NCBI GenBank assembly: GCA_003050645.1
Contig: PEBX01000006.1
Coordinates: forward strand, 4,015 to 68,014
Reading direction: 5' to 3'
Source: Candidatus Carbonibacillus altaicus
GTDB lineage: Bacteria; Bacillota; Bacilli; Thermicanales; DSM-22653
DNA length: 64,000 bases
Under the pieces are notes generated by a model, which worked only from the letters and a program-made list of their open reading frames with translations, did no database searches and was not told the origin of the DNA. Positions within the stretch are counted from its first letter, which is position 1; each line of letters starts with the position of its first letter. The translations under genes and the position numbers were made by a program. Positions 16,388-25,669 of the stretch are shown one piece after another.

Positions 16388-17845
16388 ATGGGCGTGTCCC
16401 ACGTGACAGAATCTGCCGAAAAGACGTATGAGACGGTCGTCGGTTTAGAAGTTCACGTCGAACTTGCTACCAAGACGAAACTTTTTTGCCGCTGTTCAAC
16501 GACTTTTGGTGATGAGCCGAATGCCAATACGTGCCCTATTTGCCTCGCTCATCCGGGAACGTTACCCCAGCTCAATGAAGAAGCCGTGGCATATGCGATC
16601 AAAGCGGCACTTGCGCTTGGCTGTGAGATATCCGAACGTACCAAATTCGATCGTAAAAGCTACTTTTATCCAGATCTTCCCAAAGCGTATCAGCTTAGCC
16701 AATACGATCAGCCGCTCGGACAAAACGGTAAGATCGAAATTGAAGTCGACGGCGTGAAAAAGACGGTTCGCATCGAACGCGTCCATTTAGAAGAAGATGC
16801 CGGTAAGCTTTTGCATACGGTCGGGGGGACACTCGTCGATTTGAACCGCGGTGGGGTGCCGCTTATCGAGATCGTCTCCGCGCCTGACCTGCGTTCCGGT
16901 AAAGAGGCGCGTGCTTACTTAGAAAAGTTAAAAGCCATCCTCTCTTATACCGGGGTATCCGATGTGCGGATGGAGGAAGGTTCTTTGCGCTGTGACGCCA
17001 ACGTCTCCGTACGCCCCGTAGGTGAGACGCGTTTCGGTACCAAAACCGAGATTAAAAACATGAATACGTTCAGCGGCGTAGAAAAAGCGATCGAATATGA
17101 AGCGGCGCGCCAGGTTGAAGTGTTAAAACAGGGCGGTTGGGTTCGGCAGGAGACGCGACGCTTTGATGATGCCAGGCGGGTGACGATTGCCATGCGGAGC
17201 AAAGAACGGGCTCAGGATTACCGTTATTTCCCGGATCCGGATCTCGTGCCCTTTACCGTATCCCGTGCCTGGGTAGAAGAGATAAAAAGCTCGATTCCGG
17301 AACTGCCGGATGAGCGGCGCGCGCGCTACATGGCACAGTACGGGCTTTCTGCCTATGATGCCGGCGTACTGACTCTGGAACGAACGCTTGCGGACTTTTA
17401 TGAAAGCGCCGTTCAAGCAGGGGGGGATCCCAAAGCCATCGCCAACTGGCTGATGGTCGAAGTACTGGGTCATCTCAACAAAGAAAATAAGGCGATCACC
17501 GAAACGCCCATGCGTCCGGAACACTTAAGTGAGCTCGTGAAGCTTATCGAAGAAGGTGTGATCAGCGGGAAGATTGGAAAAAGCGTGCTGCCGGAGATGT
17601 TGGAAAGCGGAGAGGCCCCGCGCACGATCATAGAGAGAAAAGGGCTCATCCAAATTCAAGATACAAGCGCGCTGGAGCCGATCATCGCTAAGGTTATTGA
17701 AAACAACCCGCAGTCGGTCGCCGATTATCGCGCTGGAAAAGACCGCGCGCTCGGTTTTCTCGTCGGTCAGGTGATGAAGGAGACAAAGGGCAAAGCCAAT
17801 CCGCAACGGGTGAACGAGCTCCTGTTAAAAGCGCTTCGGTCTTAA
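16388..17845 (+). CDS. gatB: Asp-tRNA(Asn)/Glu-tRNA(Gln) amidotransferase subunit B
   Basis: GLEVHVEL, CPICLAHPGTLP and a YqeY-like C-terminal tail. The real start may be the GTG at 16394 (6 nt after GGAGGG) rather than the ATG at 16388, which abuts the RBS. Confidence 0.92.
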   Translation: MGVSHVTESAEKTYETVVGLEVHVELATKTKLFCRCSTTFGDEPNANTCPICLAHPGTLPQLNEEAVAYAIKAALALGCEISERTKFDRKSYFYPDLPKAYQLSQYDQPLGQNGKIEIEVDGVKKTVRIERVHLEEDAGKLLHTVGGTLVDLNRGGVPLIEIVSAPDLRSGKEARAYLEKLKAILSYTGVSDVRMEEGSLRCDANVSVRPVGETRFGTKTEIKNMNTFSGVEKAIEYEAARQVEVLKQGGWVRQETRRFDDARRVTIAMRSKERAQDYRYFPDPDLVPFTVSRAWVEEIKSSIPELPDERRARYMAQYGLSAYDAGVLTLERTLADFYESAVQAGGDPKAIANWLMVEVLGHLNKENKAITETPMRPEHLSELVKLIEEGVISGKIGKSVLPEMLESGEAPRTIIERKGLIQIQDTSALEPIIAKVIENNPQSVADYRAGKDRALGFLVGQVMKETKGKANPQRVNELLLKALRS

Positions 17846-17881
17846 GAAGCGCTTCTTGTTCGTTCGGCCGAATAACCGCTT

Positions 17882-17941
17882 GCCGAACTGTAGACGAAAC
17901 AAACGACATGCGCCGAACTGTATACAACGCCAACGACACAT
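17882..17941. repeat. Tandem repeat, 30-bp unit x2 (GCCGAACTGTAGACGAAACAAACGACATGC)
   Basis: Read directly. A further related pair (AAATCTTATATGATAGAAACGATA and AAATCGTATACGATACAAACACCA) follows at 17945-17998. Confidence 0.8.
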
Positions 17942-18030
17942 ATCAAATCTTATATGATAGAAACGATAAACGTTAAATCGTATACGATACAAACACCACA
18001 CGTGCGTTACTTTTTGCAATTACCGCGTTT

Positions 18031-18140
18031 GACTCCGATTAACTCTGATTAACTCCGATTAACTCCGATTGATTCCGATTGACTCCGATTAACTCCGATT
18101 GATTCCGATTGACTCCCATAGACTCCAAGAGACTTGACAA
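18031..18140. repeat. Tandem repeat, 10-bp unit x11 (RAYTCCGATT)
   Basis: GACTCCGATT AACTCTGATT AACTCCGATT AACTCCGATT GATTCCGATT GACTCCGATT AACTCCGATT GATTCCGATT GACTCCCATA GACTCCAAGA GACTTGACAA. The period is one helical turn. Confidence 0.95.
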
Positions 18141-18230
18141 AACAAAACCTTTAGAAAAGATAATAGATAAAATACTCCTAACATGTAAAGTTCCAGAAAC
18201 ATTCAAAGGGTCTGTTCGTATAAAACAAGA

Positions 18231-18314
18231 CCGTTAGAAAGAAACAGTCGGATAAAAACAGTCGGATAAAAACAGTTGGTTAGAAACAATCGGTTAGAAA
18301 CAGTCGGATAAAGA
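18231..18314. repeat. Tandem repeat, 14-bp unit x~6 (CAGTCGGATAAAAA)
   Basis: Read directly. The array ends about 5 nt before the putative RBS of the rlmCD-like gene. Confidence 0.9.
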
Positions 18315-18332
18315 AGGTTAGGTGAACACAAG

Positions 18333-19757
18333 GTGGCTCGATCCGTGGCGGGACTTACGCTCGGTCAGGTGCTCGAAGTCGATATAACTTCGCTGAATTC
18401 CGAAGCGCAGGGCATTGCCCGGCATGAGGGTTACACGCTCTTTGTCCCCGGCGCGCTTCCCGAGGAGACCGTTTTGGCACGCATCACAAAACTCAATCCG
18501 ACGTACGGCTTTGCCGCGCTGGAGCGTGTGATTCAAGTATCTCCCGAGCGCGCCGAGCCACCGTGCCCTATTTATGAATTCTGTGGAGGCTGCCAGATTC
18601 AGCACATGGTGCCTAGCCTTCAGAATTCATTTAAAGAACAGGTTGTCCGCGAAGCGCTTGTTCGTATCGGACGCTTTCCGGATGCGCTCGTCGAGTCTCT
18701 TCTTCAACCTATCTTGAGTATGGCGCATCCCTGGCGTTATCGGAATAAAGCCCAAGTACCTGTGCAGTCGATCGAACCATATACAACCGGTGCCCGGGCC
18801 CAATACGATGTGAACTCAGAGCTTGCCATCGGATTTTATGCCCGTCGTTCGCATCGCATTGCGCCGCTTGAAGGCTGCCCGCTGCAAAAATCAGCGGTAG
18901 AACGGGGCATGATCGCCGCGCGCGATGTGCTCCGCGCGCTCGGTGCCAAGCCTTATGATGAGACGAAACATACAGGGGACATTCGCCACATCGTTGTACG
19001 CACGACGCGCGATGAAGACGAACTTTTAGTTGCTCTTGTCACGCGCACCCCGCGCCTTCCGTATGAACAGGCATTCGTACGTCAGTTGCGCGACCGTCTT
19101 CCAGAAGTGAAAAGCATCAGCATCAATGTCCAGTCCAAACAGTCCAATGTCATCTTCGGGCCTGAGACGCGCCTCCTATGGGGGGAGGAGCGTCTCATCG
19201 ATCGCATCGGATCGATGCGCTTTTATGTGTCACTCCGTTCCTTTTTTCAAGTAACTCCGGCGCAGACGGACATACTTTACGACGTCGTACGGGCGTATGC
19301 AGCGCTCAGCGGTGAGGAAACGGTTGTCGATGTCTACAGCGGTGTCGGAACGATTGCACTTTCTCTCGCGCCTTATGCCCGCCGTGTCATCGGCATCGAG
19401 TCGGTTCCCGATGCCGTGCGTGACGCCCGGGAAAATGCAAAGCTAAACGGTGTAGACCACGCTTCTTTTATCGAGGGCGAGGCCGAGGTGGTGCTGGATC
19501 AAATTGTGCGGGAAAGTGAGCCGATCGATGTACTCATCGTCGATCCACCGCGCAAAGGGCTTGCACCGGAAGTGGTGGAAGTCATCTTACAAGCGCGTCC
19601 GAAACGTTTTATCTACGTCTCCTGCAATCCGGCAACGCTTGCTCGCGATTTGCGCCTTTTTGTCGATGGCGGGTACCGCATGGAGAAGATTCAACCGGTT
19701 GATATGTTCCCGCAGACCGTCCATGTGGAGTGCGTGGTATTGATGTCAAGGGTTTAA
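18333..19757 (+). CDS. 23S rRNA (uracil-5-)-methyltransferase, RlmCD/RumA family
   Basis: N-terminal TRAM-like domain, a Cys cluster (CPIYEFCGGCQIQH), SAM-MTase motifs (VDVYSGVGTI, VDPPRKG) and the catalytic VSCNPATLARD. GTG start. Confidence 0.85.
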   Translation: MARSVAGLTLGQVLEVDITSLNSEAQGIARHEGYTLFVPGALPEETVLARITKLNPTYGFAALERVIQVSPERAEPPCPIYEFCGGCQIQHMVPSLQNSFKEQVVREALVRIGRFPDALVESLLQPILSMAHPWRYRNKAQVPVQSIEPYTTGARAQYDVNSELAIGFYARRSHRIAPLEGCPLQKSAVERGMIAARDVLRALGAKPYDETKHTGDIRHIVVRTTRDEDELLVALVTRTPRLPYEQAFVRQLRDRLPEVKSISINVQSKQSNVIFGPETRLLWGEERLIDRIGSMRFYVSLRSFFQVTPAQTDILYDVVRAYAALSGEETVVDVYSGVGTIALSLAPYARRVIGIESVPDAVRDARENAKLNGVDHASFIEGEAEVVLDQIVRESEPIDVLIVDPPRKGLAPEVVEVILQARPKRFIYVSCNPATLARDLRLFVDGGYRMEKIQPVDMFPQTVHVECVVLMSRV

Positions 19758-20024
19758 AGGGGTGTGTCTGGAAAGGCTTGATATAGATTTTCAAATTGAT
19801 AATCTCGGTAACATTTTAACTGCGTGATTGCGAGTATTTGACGGTTACAGGGGATTCATTGTAGAATTAAATGCAACAACATAAATATACAAAAGCCACG
19901 ACAATGTTATTGCTTTTCCTAATAAATTGTTTTTAATATGTTCTTCTAAGGCTTACTTCTTGACTTGCCTGACAATTGTTGAGTATGTTCCTGTGTATGA
20001 AACTCGGTGACAAATTGAAAGATA

Positions 20025-20738
20025 TTATTTTTTCATGAAAAGGAAAAACATGATTACGACGTCTTGGGCAAAATGTATCATCCATGCCCAAAAGAATCCC
20101 TTTGTTTCATTTATTGATTTCGCAAGAAACCATCCTAAAAAAGCAGCCATAATAGCGCCAGCAATTCCGCGCGGTGCAATACCAAAATAGTGAACGATGC
20201 CAAAAATAGCAGCGGAAAGAAATTCAGATATGCGCGCATTCATGTTCTCATTTGCAACAATGGTCGTATAAGATAAACGGAAAATGACCTCTTCTGTAAA
20301 AGAGTTCATCAATGCAAACAGAAATACCAGTGGAACTTCTGGGAAAAATTGAAAAGTCAGTTCGTTTCCGGAAACAGTCTGAAAGTATACTACAATTCCT
20401 GTGACGACGGTAATGATAGAACCAAATGTCAGACCGATTGTCTTCCAGCCCTCACCTTCCTTTGGTTTTATTCCAACCAAAGGGGCAGGACGAACAACTC
20501 CATCAATGGCTTTAAGGTTAAAATAGCTCAACCGAATCTTATCAGCAAATAGATAAAGTACTAGAAGAAATGCTATGCTTACAATTATGGTAGACAACTC
20601 ATATCCCATATAGAAATTCAAAATAGCCTTATCAAATATTGCAATGTCAAATAAGGGCTTCTTCATAAATAAAAGCAAAAGCCAATAGGCAATCAACGAG
20701 AGCGCAACAACTGCTCCGATTCTCCAATGTTTTATCAT
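20025..20738 (-). CDS. CPBP family intramembrane glutamic endopeptidase (CAAX protease / bacteriocin self-immunity-type)
   Basis: Polytopic 237-aa protein with the CPBP motifs EEVIFR, FGIVH and HFAQD. The DNA is markedly AT-rich compared with its flanks. Confidence 0.75.
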   Translation of the reverse strand: MIKHWRIGAVVALSLIAYWLLLLFMKKPLFDIAIFDKAILNFYMGYELSTIIVSIAFLLVLYLFADKIRLSYFNLKAIDGVVRPAPLVGIKPKEGEGWKTIGLTFGSIITVVTGIVVYFQTVSGNELTFQFFPEVPLVFLFALMNSFTEEVIFRLSYTTIVANENMNARISEFLSAAIFGIVHYFGIAPRGIAGAIMAAFLGWFLAKSINETKGFFWAWMIHFAQDVVIMFFLFMKK

Positions 20739-21109
20739 GTTATCACCTTTCTATATTTGCATAATGACCTATCTTAATGCACAATTCAAATATATTTCTC
20801 TGCTCCTTTCACAGAATCTTCTTTGATACAAATAGAACTTTTGGTCGTTGAAGTTATATGGATACGAATTATCCGCGTCAAAGCGAACATTCCTGTGTCC
20901 GTTGACGTATACGACGATAACATCCCAATGTGTGCCTGTCAAGGCCGGAATTTAATTGACCCACTTTAGCCGTTTTAGAATAGACCCACCCACGGCGATT
21001 ACCATGTGACTGGTGTTGGAGTTCCGTACATCTCTGATCTCATTTTCTCTTTTAAGCGGTAGCTGATCCCGTGACAGTGCCCGCAATACCAAAAAAAGCG
21101 AACACGGCA

Positions 21110-21232
21110 ACATAACAAGATGCTAGGCACAAGCATTGAACAGCGCCCCCAGCATATCGATGAACGTCTGGAATTCAGTCACTGGGAAATCGATACCGTC
21201 TTAGGCACCAACAAAAAAGGTCATTATTGATT
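21110..21232 (+). pseudogene. IS30-family transposase internal fragment
   Basis: Translation KKRTRQHNKMLGTSIEQRPQHIDERLEFSHWEIDTVLGTNKKG matches the conserved IS30 region (IeeRP...R...GHWE.D.v.G). There is no start, it is cut off after ~40 codons, and stops lie upstream. Confidence 0.6.
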
Positions 21233-21234
21233 TT

Positions 21235-21720
21235 GTGGTGCTGGCTATATTATATAAAGTTATCTTTTTTAACAGATGGAGGGCAAAAGGCAAAGTAAAG
21301 CTGCTTATCAATACAATTATGTATATCTATATATCATTAGTCTTGTATGTTACATTAATGCCAATCACTGTTTCTATACCATTTATTTTTAATCATCCGT
21401 ATATACCGATGAACATGACCCCTTTTGATGATTATTTTTCGGGTAGAGGCGATACAGTTCGCCAGATTATACTGAACGTAATTATGATGATACCATTTGG
21501 ATTTTTACTACCACTCGTGAAAAAGCAGAACATATTATCCATCCTATTTTGGACGTTATTATTTAGCTTGGGGATTGAATTGACCCAACCGCTGATAAAT
21601 GGTTTTCGTGCTGCAGATATAACAGATCTCATCACAAATACCATAGGAGGTCTTTTAGGTTATTTGTTATATATCATATTCAAACCGCTAATAAATCATA
21701 TCATGTCCCACTTAAAGTAA
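21235..21720 (+). CDS. VanZ-like family membrane protein
   Basis: 161 aa with 4 TM segments and VanZ-like blocks (NVIMMIPFGFLLP, LGIELTQPLI..RAADITDLITNTIGGLLGY). AT-rich DNA. Confidence 0.7.
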   Translation: MVLAILYKVIFFNRWRAKGKVKLLINTIMYIYISLVLYVTLMPITVSIPFIFNHPYIPMNMTPFDDYFSGRGDTVRQIILNVIMMIPFGFLLPLVKKQNILSILFWTLLFSLGIELTQPLINGFRAADITDLITNTIGGLLGYLLYIIFKPLINHIMSHLK

Positions 21721-21879
21721 ATTTGCGCAAGCCTAGGTAGGGACTGCTGAACGAACGAAAAACTCTTTACTGAGAAGGATTTCAGCCTCTTGATAGAGAA
21801 ATCAAGTACAAGGATTTCGTACTTCATTCCTCAAAATCCATGCCCGTAGGTGTTGTCTGATGTTTGGATCAAGCGAACA

Positions 21880-22055
21880 ACAGATGATTTTACCGGATGA
21901 CTTTTTTTTGCCTTTCGGTGGAAAGTTGAATCAAAACAATCGCTGGGTAAAACTTGTGCAAACGATTCCCTGGTGAAAGGTTGAGCAGCGCTATGTAAAG
22001 CAGTTTCAATCATAGGCGCGTGGCCAGAAGGCATATTCCGTTGGCTCACTCCCAT
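21880..22055 (+). pseudogene. IS1182/IS5-like transposase N-terminal (DUF772) fragment with in-frame stops
   Basis: Translation FFLPFGGKLNQNNRWVKLVQTIPW*KVEQRYVKQFQS*ARGQKAYSVGSLP resembles the conserved N-terminus of IS1182/IS5 transposases. Two in-frame stops are present (TGA ~21974, TAG ~22012). Confidence 0.55.
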
Positions 22056-22064
22056 GATAACACA

Positions 22065-22300
22065 AAGAAGCGTACCTTTTCACATCACACGCTGTATGAT
22101 CGCGGGCGAATTGGCGCCCTTCGTGACGAAGGAAAAACCTTACAGGCAATTTGCAGATGTGATTGGATGCCACAAGTCGACCATCTCCCGCGAATTAAAA
22201 CGCGGCACAGTCACACAACGGGAATCGAATCTCACTGAATATCGGGCGTATTTCCCTGAAAACGGACAAGCTGTTTACGAAAAGAATCGTTCCCGCACAA
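22065..22300 (+). pseudogene. IS30-family transposase N-terminal fragment, frameshifted and truncated
   Basis: One frame gives SHHTLYDRGRIGALRDEGKTLQAI and a second gives ADVIGCHKSTISRELKRGT...YRAYFPENGQAVYEKNRSR. Together they form the IS30 HTH region split by a frameshift. No catalytic domain follows. Confidence 0.6.
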
Positions 22301-22363
22301 AAAAGATATATTTTCTAAGGGTTACTGTGTTATCTGCATGTATTTTATATCGACTTTTTAAGG

Positions 22364-23047
22364 CTACGGATGGTTCTTCGTATTTGTTTTTGGTGCATGG
22401 ACCTCATGCATTGTGATGAGTTCCCCGCGGGCGCTTAAGAGGGCCCTGTTTTCAAGCTTAAGCATGCCTTGATTGGTCGCGATCGCGAGACTAGAGATAA
22501 GAAGGGTGCCCCAGATCATTTTTGGGAGTGAATTTTGGTACAGTCCTTCAAAAAGGATGACACCAATTCCACCGGCATTGATCCAGGCGGCGATGGTGGC
22601 GATCCCGATGACGGTTACCGCAGCGATCCGGATACCGCCGATGATGACAGGTAGCGCCAGCGGTAGCTCAATCTTATAGAGCAGTTGCCAGTGACTGAAT
22701 CCCATTCCGCGACCGGCTTCCACGACGGCTGGATCGATAGTTTGGAAGCCTACGATGACGTTTCTTACCAGTATAAGCTGGCTGTAGAAGACGAGACCGA
22801 TGATAGCTGGCTTGGTTCCGAGACCGACGATCGGAATGAGCAGCGCGAACATGCCAAGGCTGGGAATGGCGTATATGACGCCCAGAACCGATAAAATGGG
22901 TAGCGCGACTTTCCTATGTCGGGATAAGTAATATCCCAGCGGTAGTGCTATGACGAGTGCGATGACAAGGGCGCTAAAGGTTAACGCGATATGTTCTACG
23001 AGCCGTATGAATAACTGGTCGTAGTGTCGGGTGACATAATCTAACAC
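22364..23047 (-). CDS. Opu-type (glycine betaine/carnitine/choline family) ABC transporter permease
   Basis: 227-aa permease with the BPD-transporter EAA-like region (VEAGRGMGFSHWQLLYKIELPLALPVIIGGIR). It is the last gene of a four-gene minus-strand ABC cluster. Confidence 0.85.
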   Translation of the reverse strand: MLDYVTRHYDQLFIRLVEHIALTFSALVIALVIALPLGYYLSRHRKVALPILSVLGVIYAIPSLGMFALLIPIVGLGTKPAIIGLVFYSQLILVRNVIVGFQTIDPAVVEAGRGMGFSHWQLLYKIELPLALPVIIGGIRIAAVTVIGIATIAAWINAGGIGVILFEGLYQNSLPKMIWGTLLISSLAIATNQGMLKLENRALLSARGELITMHEVHAPKTNTKNHP

Positions 23048-23159
23048 CGTTTTTCACCTGCTGTTGGTCGATATCGGCGATGTATATTAGTTATTGAGCA
23101 ATCAAGCTATTCTGGATGCATTTCATCAGTCGTCGATTCATTACATCTGTCTGTTCATT

Positions 23160-24116
23160 TCATCTGTCCGTTAATCTCAGCTGTTCAAGGGTTATTTTTC
23201 CTAAGCGTTGACCTGCATCATCGATCACGATAATATCGTCTGCGTTCGTTTGAAGGAGTGTCTGTAACGCTTTTTTTAAACTGTCACGGGTATGAATGTG
23301 CGGTGCGTTTGCGTCTTCCCGACCGTTTAAGGGGATCATTTTTTCAGAGGCTTTGATTAAATCAAGCTGCCGAAACAGATTGTCGGACTGCGTGAGACGG
23401 CTGACAAATGGCGTGGCAGGCTGCGATAATATATGAAATGGTGGGCCGTATTGTAAAACCTTTCCTTCATGCATCACCACGATACGATCGCCTAACTTGA
23501 GTGCTTCGTCCATATCGTGTGTGACAAACAGGACGGTTTTTACGAGTTGTTTTTGAATGGCCAAAAATTCATCCTGCAGTTCCTTGCGTGTGATGGCATC
23601 AATGGCGCCAAACGGTTCATCCATCAAGAGTACATCGGGATCACCGGCCATGGCCCGGGCAATGCCGACCCGTTGTTGCTGACCGCCAGATAACTGACGC
23701 GGGTAGCGTTTTTTATAGCTGGCTGGCAGGCGGACGAGGTCCAGCAAAAAGTTGACCCGCGCTTCTATTGTTTGTCGGCTCCATCCGAGAATGCGGGGGA
23801 CGGTCGCGATATTTTCTTCGATCGTCATATGCGGAAAGAGTCCAATCTGCTGAATAACATAGCCGATGCTGCGGCGCAATTCGGTTACGGGTTTTTGGCG
23901 AATATCGGTGCCGAATAAATAAATCGTTCCACTTGTTGGTTCGATAATTCGGTTGACCATTTTTAAGAGTGTAGTCTTACCGCTGCCGGAGCTGCCGACG
24001 ATGGTGACAAATGCACCGCGCTCGATGACGAGATTTGTTTCGCTGACAGCCGGTCGGGCAGTGCCTGGAAATGTCTTGGTGATACGGTCAAAAACAATGG
24101 CATCTTGTTGGATCAT
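23160..24116 (-). CDS. Opu-type ABC transporter ATP-binding protein with a short C-terminal CBS-like region
   Basis: Walker A GSSGSGKTTLLKM, signature LSGGQQQRVGIARA, Walker B LLMDEPFGAID. At 318 aa it is shorter than the ~380-aa OpuCA I remember. Confidence 0.9.
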   Translation of the reverse strand: MIQQDAIVFDRITKTFPGTARPAVSETNLVIERGAFVTIVGSSGSGKTTLLKMVNRIIEPTSGTIYLFGTDIRQKPVTELRRSIGYVIQQIGLFPHMTIEENIATVPRILGWSRQTIEARVNFLLDLVRLPASYKKRYPRQLSGGQQQRVGIARAMAGDPDVLLMDEPFGAIDAITRKELQDEFLAIQKQLVKTVLFVTHDMDEALKLGDRIVVMHEGKVLQYGPPFHILSQPATPFVSRLTQSDNLFRQLDLIKASEKMIPLNGREDANAPHIHTRDSLKKALQTLLQTNADDIIVIDDAGQRLGKITLEQLRLTDR

Positions 24117-24191
24117 GGTTGATTGAACTCCCGTCGCTGGCGAAGCTTTGGTCTTGCTCGGTGTAGCTCCTTCAGTACACCTTGTTGGTGG

Positions 24192-25115
24192 TTACTTCAG
24201 GATGCCCTGTTGCTTAAGAAAGTCTCTGGCCACGTCTGCGTACTCTTTTTGGTTGATATCCACCTCGGCATTGAGCGCTTGCATCACTTCGTCGTTGAGA
24301 AGCTTAGAGACTTCATTTAAGACGGTACCGATATTTGCATCGCGTTCCAGAACGTCGGCACGGATGACAGGTGCGACGTAGTAGGGCGGCCAGAACTTGC
24401 CGTCGTCTTCCAGCAGGACGAGCTCTTTATTCGTCAACTCGCCATCCGTCGTGAATCCGACCGTGACATCGGCATCACCGTTAAGAATGACTCGGTACTT
24501 CATGCCATAATCGTACAGTTTGATGCTCTTAAAATGCATATCGCCATAAAAAGCGTTTAAACCTTTGAGGCCGTCTTCGCGTTCTTCAAATTCCGGGACA
24601 GCAGCGAGATTCAATTCCGGAGCGAGTTTCGGTAAATCGGAGATTTTGTACAAATTATACTTTTCGGCAACTTTTTTCGTGGTTACGAGTCCCTGGGAGT
24701 CATTGGCCTTTGTCGGCTCGAGCCAGATCAGATTGAACTTATCTTTGTATCCTTGAGCGACGAGGTCGTAGACTTCTTGGGGGTCGGATTTGGGCGGTAA
24801 ATCAAGGATGTTCATGAGCCCTGTTCCGGTATATTCCGGGTACATGTCGATTTCGCCTTTTTTGAGCGATTCGTGTGCGACCAGTGTACCGCCGAGATTT
24901 AGCTTTCTTTTCACCTTATAGCCGGCGTTTTCCAAGGCTTGCGCATACATTTCACCTACAATCAGCGATTCTGTAAAATTTTTGGAGCCGACGGTGACGC
25001 TCGGTGTCGTGTCGTTTGATCCGCAGGCGCTCACGAAGACGGTGACTATGAATAAGATACCGACAAGCAGGGTAAGCTTGTGTTTCAGATGTTTGACGGT
25101 TTTCAAATTTTTCAT
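24192..25115 (-). CDS. Opu-type ABC transporter substrate-binding lipoprotein
   Basis: Signal peptide with the lipobox VFVSAC, and OpuBC/OpuCC-like blocks (GSKNFTESLIVGEMYAQALE, DMYPEYTGTG). Confidence 0.85.
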   Translation of the reverse strand: MKNLKTVKHLKHKLTLLVGILFIVTVFVSACGSNDTTPSVTVGSKNFTESLIVGEMYAQALENAGYKVKRKLNLGGTLVAHESLKKGEIDMYPEYTGTGLMNILDLPPKSDPQEVYDLVAQGYKDKFNLIWLEPTKANDSQGLVTTKKVAEKYNLYKISDLPKLAPELNLAAVPEFEEREDGLKGLNAFYGDMHFKSIKLYDYGMKYRVILNGDADVTVGFTTDGELTNKELVLLEDDGKFWPPYYVAPVIRADVLERDANIGTVLNEVSKLLNDEVMQALNAEVDINQKEYADVARDFLKQQGILK

Positions 25116-25129
25116 GCTAGGTTCTCCCC

Positions 25130-25657
25130 TCAGGATATTCTCTGATAGCGCGTCGTCATTTTTTCGATACTGCTCAGGATGAGTTCGGAGGTCATGGCTA
25201 AGATAGCGACAGGGATGGCCCCGACTAGTAACAAAGAAAAGTTATACAGGCTGAGACCGTTAATAATAAACGTACCCAGTCCGCCGCCGCCAATAAATGC
25301 GGCTAAAGTAGCACTGGCTACAACTTCTACGGCAGCTGTTTTAATGCCCGATAGGATGAGGGGGGTGGCCAGCGGAAACTCTATTTTGCGCATCAGCATG
25401 CGCGCTCCCATCCCCATCCCGTTGGCTGCTTCGATGATGTGGGGATCGACATTGCGGAAGCCGAGAAATGAATTGATCAGAATCGGCGGAACCGCGAGAA
25501 GCGTTAGGGCGACGAGGGCGGGAGCAAAGCCTGTTCCCATCAGGGGTAAAATCAGAACGAGAATCGCCAAACTCGGGATGACGCGAAGCGCATTGAACAG
25601 GCCCATAATTGCACCAGATAGCCACTGCTTTGTGTTATAATAAAAAATGATTTCCAA
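25130..25657 (-). CDS. Opu-type ABC transporter permease, apparently 5'-shortened
   Basis: 175 aa aligning to the C-terminal ~4/5 of OpuCB-type permeases (EAANGMGMGARMLMRKIEFPLATPLILSGIK). TTG start with no convincing RBS. The sequence directly upstream is a 15-bp tandem array. Confidence 0.7.
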   Translation of the reverse strand: MEIIFYYNTKQWLSGAIMGLFNALRVIPSLAILVLILPLMGTGFAPALVALTLLAVPPILINSFLGFRNVDPHIIEAANGMGMGARMLMRKIEFPLATPLILSGIKTAAVEVVASATLAAFIGGGGLGTFIINGLSLYNFSLLLVGAIPVAILAMTSELILSSIEKMTTRYQRIS

Positions 25658-25669
25658 TTTGGTAGTCTT

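Noticed and set aside
17845-17858. Palindrome AAGAAGCGCTTCTT after the gatB stop as a terminator
   Set aside because: The stem would be only ~5 bp once a loop is allowed, and it is not followed by a T run.
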